Shown here: positions 56,476 to 64,000 of the stretch, in pieces | How the letters are laid out: each line of letters starts with the position of its first letter | Position numbering within the stretch: position 1 is the first letter of the stretch | Source of the DNA: Antedon mediterranea | Taxonomy: Eukaryota; Animalia; Echinodermata | Direction of reading: 5' to 3' | Length of the DNA: 64,000 nt | Assembly: GCF_964355755.1 (NCBI RefSeq) | Contig: NC_092675.1 | Location: forward strand, 13,488,912 to 13,552,911 | Made by a program: the position numbers and the translations under genes | Notes under the pieces: generated by a model | The model's input: the letters and a program-made list of their open reading frames with translations, nothing else | Databases searched by the model: none | Told to the model about the DNA's origin: nothing

Positions 56476-58215
56476 CGTTTTAGACCAATTTGTGCATTTC
56501 GATGAAACTTGATTACACAAAAACACCAAAGGATTTAGAATAGCTTCAAATCGCATTTGGAGACGTTTTAGACCATTTTGTGATTTTGAAAAAACTTGTT
56601 AACATAAAAACACCAAAGTGCTTAGAATAGCTTCAAATCGCATTTGGAGACGTTTTAGACCATTTTGTGATTTTCGAAAAAACTTGTTAACATAAAAACA
56701 CCAAAGTGCTTAGAATAGCTTCAAATCGTATTTGGAGACGTTTTAGACCATTTTGAGATTTTCGAAAAAACTTGGTTACACAAAAACATCAAAGTGCTTA
56801 AAATCACATTATAAACCGTTTTAGACCATTTTGAGCATTTCGATAACACTTTTCACACAAAAACATCAAAGAGCACAAAATAGCTTAATATCGTATTTAA
56901 AAACGTTTTAGACCATTTTGAGCATTTCGACAAAACTTTTTCACACAAAACACCAAAGTGCTTAGAATAGCTTCAAATCGCATTTGGAGACGTTTTAGAC
57001 CAATTTGTGATTTTTGAAAAAACTTGTTAACATAAAAACACCAAAGTGTTTAGAATAGCTTCAAATCGCATTTGGAGACGTTTTAGACCAATTTGTGATT
57101 TTCGAAAAAACTTATCAACATAAAAACACCAAAGGGTTTAGAATAGCTTCAAATCGCATTTGGAGACGTTTTAGACCATTTTGTGATTTTGAAAAAACTT
57201 GTTAACATAAAAACACCAAAGTGCTTAGAATAGCTTCAAATCGCATTTGGAGACGTTTTAGACCATTTTGTGATTTTCGAAAAAACTTGTTAACATAAAA
57301 ACACCAAAGTGCTTAGAATAGCTTCAAATCGTATTTGGAGACGTTTTAGACCAATTTGTGCATTTCGATGAAACTTGATTACACAAAAACACCAAAGGAT
57401 TTAGAATAGCTTCAAATCGCATTTGGAGACGTTTTAGACCATTTTGTGATTTTGAAAAAACTTGTTAACATAAAAACACCAAAGTGCTTAGAATAGCTTC
57501 AAATCGCATTTGGAGACGTTTTAGACCATTTTGTGATTTTCGAAAAAACTTGTTAACATAAAAACACCAAAGTGCTTAGAATAGCTTCAAATCGTATTTG
57601 GAGACGTTTTAGACCATTTTGAGATTTTCGAAAAAACTTGGTTACACAAAAACATCAAAGTGCTTAAAATCACATTATAAACCGTTTTAGACCATTTTGA
57701 GCATTTCGATAACACTTTTCACACAAAAACATCAAAGAGCACAAAATAGCTTAATATCGTATTTAAAAACGTTTTAGACCATTTTGAGCATTTCGACAAA
57801 ACTTTTTCACACAAAACACCAAAGTGCTTAGAATAGCTTCAAATCGCATTTGGAGACGTTTTAGACCAATTTGTGATTTTTGAAAAAACTTGTTAACATA
57901 AAAACACCAAAGTGTTTAGAATAGCTTCAAATCGCATTTGGAGACGTTTTAGACCAATTTGTGATTTTCGAAAAAACTTATCAACATAAAAACACCAAAG
58001 GGTTTAGAATAGCTTCAAATCGCATTTGGAGACGTTTTAGACCATTTTGTGATTTTGAAAAAACTTGTTAACATAAAAACACCAAAGTGCTTAGAATAGC
58101 TTCAAATCGCATTTGGAGACGTTTTAGACCATTTTGTGATTTTCGAAAAAACTTGTTAACATAAAAACACCAAAGTGCTTAGAATAGCTTCAAATCGTAT
58201 TTGGAGACGTTTTAG
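56476..58215. repeat. Local tandem duplication, period 866 bp (2 copies)
   Basis: The variant CCAAAGGATTTAG is seen only at 56,531 and 57,397, each followed by the same monomer order. Confidence 0.85.
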
Positions 58216-60120
58216 ACCATTTTGAGATTTTCGAAAAAAGTTGGTTACACAAAAACATCAAAGTGCTTAAAATCACATTATAAACCGTTTTAGACCATTT
58301 TGAGCATTTCGGTAACACTTTTCACACAAAAACATCAAAGAGCACAAAATAGCTTAATATCGTATTTAAAAACGTTTTAGACCATTTTGAGCATTTAGAC
58401 AAAACTTTTTCACACAAAACACCAAAGTGCTTAGAATAGCTTCAAATCGCATTTGGAGACGTTTTAGACCATTTTGTGCATTTCGATGAAACTTGGTTAC
58501 ACAAAAACATCAAAGTGCTTAAAATCACATTATAAATCGTTTTAGACCATTTTGAGCATTTCGACAAAACTTTTTCACACAAAATACCAAAGTGCTTAGA
58601 ATAGCTTCAAATCGCATTTGGAGACGTTTTAGACCATTTTGTGATTTTCGAAAAAACTTTTTAACATAAAAACACCAAAGTGCTTAGAATAGCTTCAAAT
58701 CACATTTGGAGACGTTTTAGACCATAAGTGCTTAGAATCACATTATAAACCGTTTTAGACCATTTTGAGCATTTCGATAACAATTTTCACACAAAAACAT
58801 CAAAGAGCACAAAATAGCTTAATATCGTATTTAAAAACGTTTTAGACCATTTTGAGCATTTAGACAAAACTTTTTCACACAAAACACCAAAGTGCTTAGA
58901 ATAGCTTCAAATCGCATTTGGAGACGTTTTAGACCAATTTGTGATTTTTGAAAAAACTTGTTAACATAAAAACACCAAAGTGCTTAGAATAGCTTCAAAT
59001 CACATTTGGAGACGTTTTAGACCATTTTGTGATTTTGAACAAACTTGTTAACATAAAAACACCAAAGTGCTTAGAATAGCTTCAAATCGCATTTGGCGAC
59101 GTTTTAGACCATTTTGTGATTTTCGAAAAAACTTGTTAACATAAAAACACCAAAGTGCTTAGAATAGCTTCAAATCGTATTTGGAGACGTTTTAGATCAT
59201 TTTGAGATTTTCGAAAAAACTTGGTTACACAAAAACATCAAAGTGCTTAAAATAACATTCTAAACCGTTTTAGACCATTTTGAGCATTTCGATAACACTT
59301 TTCACACAAAAACATCAAAGAGCACAAAATAGCTTAATATCGTATTTAAAAACGTTTTAGACCATTTTGAGCATTTCGACAAAACTTTTTCACACAAAAC
59401 ACCAAAGTGCTTAGAATAGCTTCAAATCGCATTTGGGGACGTTTTAGACCAATTTGTGCATTTCGATGAAACTTGATTACACAAAAACATCAAAGTGTTT
59501 AAAATCACATTATAAACCGTTTTAGACCATTTTGAGCATTTCGATAACACTTTTCACACAAAAACATCAAAGAGCACAAAATAGCTTAATATCGTATTTA
59601 AAAACGTTTTAGACCATTTTGAGCATTTAGACAAAACTTTTTCACACAAAACACCAAAGTGCTTAGAATAGCTTCAAATCGCATTTGGAGACGTTTTAGA
59701 CCATTTTGTGCATTTCGATGAAAGTTGGTTACACAAAAACATCAAAGTGCTTAAAATCACATTATAAATCGTTTTAGACCATTTTGAGCATTTCGACAAA
59801 ACTTTTTCACACAAAATACCAAAGTGCTTAGAATAGCTTCAAATCGCATTTGGAGACGTTTTAGACCATTTTGTGATTTTCGAAAAAACTTTTTAACATA
59901 AAAACACCAAAGTGCTTAGAATAGCTTCAAATCACATTTGGAGACGTTTTAGACCATAAGTGCTTAGAATCACATTATAAACCGTTTTAGACCATTTTGA
60001 GCATTTCGATAACAATTTTAACACAAAAACATCAAAGAGCACAAAATAGCTTAATATCGTATTTAAAAATGTTTTAGACCATTTTGAGCATTTAGATAAA
60101 ACTTTTTCACACAAAACACC

Positions 60121-63100
60121 AAAGTGCTTAGAATAGCTTCAAATCGCATTTGAAGACGTTTTAGACCAATTTGTGATTTTTGAAAAAACTTGTTAACATA
60201 AAAACACCAAAGTGCTTAGAATAGCTTCAAATCACATTTGGAGACGTTTTAGCCCATTTTGTGATTTTGAACAAACTTGTTAACATAAAAACACCAAAGT
60301 GCTTAGAATAGCTTCAAATCGCATTTGGAGACGTCTTAGACCATTTTGTGATTTTCGAAAAAACTTGTTAACATAAAAACACCAAAGTGCTTAAAATCAC
60401 ATTATAAACCGTTTTAGACCATTTTGAGTATTTCGATAACACTTTTCACACAAAAACATCAAAGAGCACAAAATAGCTTAATATCGTATTTAAAAACGTT
60501 TTAGACCATTTTGAGCATTTCGACAAAACTTTTTCACACAAAACACCAAAGTGCTTAGAATAGCTTCAAATCGCATTTGGAGACGTTTTAGACCAATTTG
60601 TGCATTTCGATGAAACTTGATTACACAAAAACATCAAAGTGCTTAAAATCACATTATAAACCGTTTTAGACCATTTTGAGCATTTCGATAACACTTTTCA
60701 CACAAAAACATCAAAGAGCACAAAATAGCTTAATATCGTATTTAAAAACGTTTTAGACCATTTTGAGCATTTAGACAAAACTTTTTCACACAAAACACCA
60801 AAGTGCTTAGAATAGCTTCAAATCGCATTTGGAGACGTTTTAGACCATTTTGTGCATTTCGATGAAACTTGGTTACACAAAAACATCAAAGTGCTTAAAA
60901 TCACATTATAAATCGTTTTAGACCATTTTGAGCATTTCGACAAAACTTTTTCACACAAAATACCAAAGTGCTTAGAATAGCTTCAAATCGCATTTCGAGA
61001 CGTTTTAGACCATTTTGTGATTTTCGAAAAAACTTTTTAACATAAAAACACCAAAGTGCTTAGAATAGCTTCAAATCACATTTGGAGACATTTTAGACCA
61101 TTTTGTGATTTTCGAAAAAACTTGTTAACATAAAAACACGAAAGTGCTTAGAATAGCTTCAAATCGCATTTGGAAACGTTTTAGACCATTTTGTGATTTT
61201 CGAAAAAAATTGTTAACATAAAAACACCAAAGTGCTTAGAATCACATTATAAACCGTTTTAGACCATTTTGAGCATTTCGATAACAATTTTCACACAAAA
61301 ACATCAAAGAGCACAAAATAGCTTAATATCGTATTTAAAAATGTTTTAGACCATTTTGAGCATTTAGATAAAACTTTTTCACACAAAACACCAAAGTGCT
61401 TAGAATAGCTTCAAATCGCATTTGGAAACGTTTTAGACCATTTTGTGATTTTCGAAAAAAATTGTTAACATAAAAACACCAAAGTGCTTAGAATCACATT
61501 ATAAACCGTTTTAGACCAATTTGAGCATTTCGATAACAATTTTCACACAAAAACATCAAAGAGCACAAAATAGCTTAATATCGTATTTAAAAATGTTTTA
61601 GACCATTTTGAGCATTTAGATAAAACTTTTTCACACAAAACACCAAAGTGCTTAGAATAGCTTCAAATCGCATTTGGAGACGTTTTAGACCATTTTGTGA
61701 TTTTTGAAAAAAACTTGTTAACATAAAAACACCAAAGTGCTTAGAATAGCTTCAAATCACATTTGGAGACGTTTTAGACCATTTTGTGATTTTCGAAAAA
61801 ACTTTTTAACATAAAAACACCAAAGTGCTTAGAATAGCTTCAAATCACATTTGGAGACGTTTTAGACCATTTTGTGATTTTTGAAAAAACTTGTTAACAT
61901 AAAAACACGAAAGTGCTTAGAATAGCTTCAAATCGCATTTGGAAACGTTTTAGACCATTTTGTGATTTTCGAAAAAGATTGTTAACATAAAAACACCAAA
62001 GTGTTTAGAATAGCTTCAAATCGCATTTGGAGACGGTTTAGACCATTTTGTGATTTTGAAAAAACTTGTTAACATAAAAACACCAAAGTGCTTAGAATAG
62101 CTTCAAATCGCATTTGGAGACGTTTTAGACCATTTTGTGATTTTCGAAAAAACTTGTTAACATAAAAACACCAAAGTGCTTAGAATAGCTTCAAATCGTA
62201 TTTGGAGACGTTTTAGACCATTTTGAGATTTTCGAAAAAACTTGGTTACACAAAAACATCAAAGTGCTTAAAATCACATTATAAACCGTTTTAGACCATT
62301 TTGAGCATTTCGATAACACTTTTCACACAAAAACATCAAAGAGCACAAAATAGCTTAATATCGTATTTAAAAACGTTTTAGACCATTTTGAGCATTTCGA
62401 CAAAACTTTTTCACACAAAACACCAAAGTGCTTAGAATAGCTTCAAATCGCATTTGGAGACGTTTTAGACCAATTTGTGCATTTCGATGAAACTTGATTA
62501 CACAAAAACATCAAAGTGCTTAAAATCACATTATAAACCGTTTTAGACCATTTTGAGCATTTCGATAACACTTTTCACACAAAAACATCAAAGAGCACAA
62601 AATAGCTTAATATCGTATTTAAAAATGTTTTAGACCATTTTGAGCATTTAGATAAAACTTTTTCACACAAAACACCAAAGTGCTTAGAATAGCTTCAAAT
62701 CGCATTTGGAGACGTTTTAGACCATTTTATGATTTTTGAAAAAACTTGTTAACATAAAAACACCAAAGTGCTTAGAATAGCTTCAAATCACATTTGGAGA
62801 CGTTTTAGACCATTTTGTGATTTTCGAAAAAACTTGTTAACATAAAAACACGAAAGTGCTTAGAATAGCTTCAAATCGCATTTGGAAACGTTTTAGACCA
62901 TTTTGTGATTTTCGAAAAAACTTGTTAACATAAAAACACGAAAGTGCTTAGAATAGCTTCAAATCGCATTTGGAGACGTTTTAGACCATTTTGTGATTTT
63001 CGAAAAAACTTGTTAACATAAAAACACGAAAGTGCTTAGAATAGCTTCAAATCACATTTGGAGACGTTTTAGACCATTTTGTGATTTTTGAAAAAACTTG

Positions 63101-64000
63101 TTAACATAAAAACACGAAAGTGCTTAGAATAGCTTCAAATCGCATTTGGAAACGTTTTAGACCAATTTGTGCATTTCGATGAAACTTGATTACACAAAAA
63201 CATCAAAGTGCTTAAAATCACATTATAAACCGTTTTAGACCATTTTGAGCATTTCGATAACACTTTTCACACAAAAACATTAAAGAGCACAAAATAGCTT
63301 AATATCGTATTTAAAAACGTTTTAGACCATTTTGAGCATTTAGACAAAACTTTTTCACACAAAACACCAAAGTGCTTAGAATAGCTTCAAATCGCATTTG
63401 GAGACGTTTTAGACCATTTTGTGCATTTCGATGAAACTTGGTTACACAAAAACATCAAAGTGCTTAAAATCACATTATAAATCGTTTTAGACCATTTTGA
63501 GCATTTCGACAAAACTTTTTCACACAAAATACCAAAGTGCTTAGAATAGCTTCAAATCGCATTTCGAGACGTTTTAGACCATTTTGTGATTTTCGAAAAA
63601 ACTTTTTAACATAAAAACACCAAAGTGCTTAGAATAGCTTCAAATCACATTTGGAGACATTTTAGACCATTTTGTGATTTTCAAAAAAAACTTGTTAACA
63701 TAAAAACACGAAAGTTCTTAGAATAGCTTCAAATCGCATTTGGAAACGTTTTAGACCATTTTGTGATTTTCGAAAAAAATTGTTAACATAAAAACACCAA
63801 AGTGCTTAGAATCACATTATAAACCGTTTTAGACCATTTTGAGCATTTCGATAACAATTTTCACACAAAAACATCAAAGAGCACAAAATAGCTTAATATC
63901 GTATTTAAAAATGTTTTAGACCATTTTGAGCATTTAGATAAAACTTTTTCACACAAAACACCAAAGTGCTTAGAATAGCTTCAAATCGCATTTGGAGACG
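60121..64000. repeat. Block near-identical to ~50,611-54,489 (offset 9510-9511) and ~34,646-38,524
   Basis: TTGAAGACG, TTAGCCCAT, GACGTCTTAG (60,335/50,825), GAGTATTT and the doubled D1-B-C trimer recur in the same order. Confidence 0.88.

Larger units (their letters stand above)
1..64000. repeat. Satellite DNA array of 78-88-bp monomers with higher-order structure, probably centromeric/pericentromeric; extends beyond both window edges
   Basis: TTTTAGACCATTTTG recurs throughout in one orientation (GACCAT at 11, 99, 177, 264, 351, 439; spacings 88, 78, 87, 87, 88). No unique sequence seen. Satellite status is observed; centromeric location is inference. Confidence 0.98.

Noticed and set aside
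59932-60114. 60-aa minus-strand ORF (MCEKVLSKCSKWSKT...)
   Set aside because: It lies wholly in satellite monomers across the truncated-monomer junction. The repeated LSKCSKWSKT simply mirrors the DNA repeat, and there is no gene context.
1-64000. tRNA/5S-derived tandem array, transposon insertion or strand inversion
   Set aside because: The ~80-90-bp size is tRNA-like, but I see no cloverleaf or A/B boxes. No non-satellite sequence, terminal repeats or reverse-oriented monomers were seen.

Overview
The whole 64-kb window is one uninterrupted, AT-rich (~32% GC in the consensus monomer), head-to-tail satellite DNA array with no credible genes, transposon insertions or inversions. It resembles eukaryotic centromeric or pericentromeric satellite, but I cannot name the family or species. 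Anchored on GACCAT, there are four related monomer classes: A (88 bp), D (78 bp, with a 10-bp deletion), B (87 bp) and C (87 bp). The array is hierarchical: ~10-bp phased A/T-tract subrepeats, 78-88-bp monomers, a 252-bp D-B-C trimer, a ~1.1-1.85-kb higher-order repeat (HOR; fixed 1097-bp core plus a variable run of A monomers), local tandem duplications of 0.7-1.85 kb, and a near-identical ~15,965-bp macro-repeat (~20.7-55.8 kb, ~2.2 copies). The only ORF is a by-product of the repeat. I found no new gene-based system; the interest is in the array architecture and its mutational record. All alignments were done by eye from diagnostic variants, so breakpoints are approximate.
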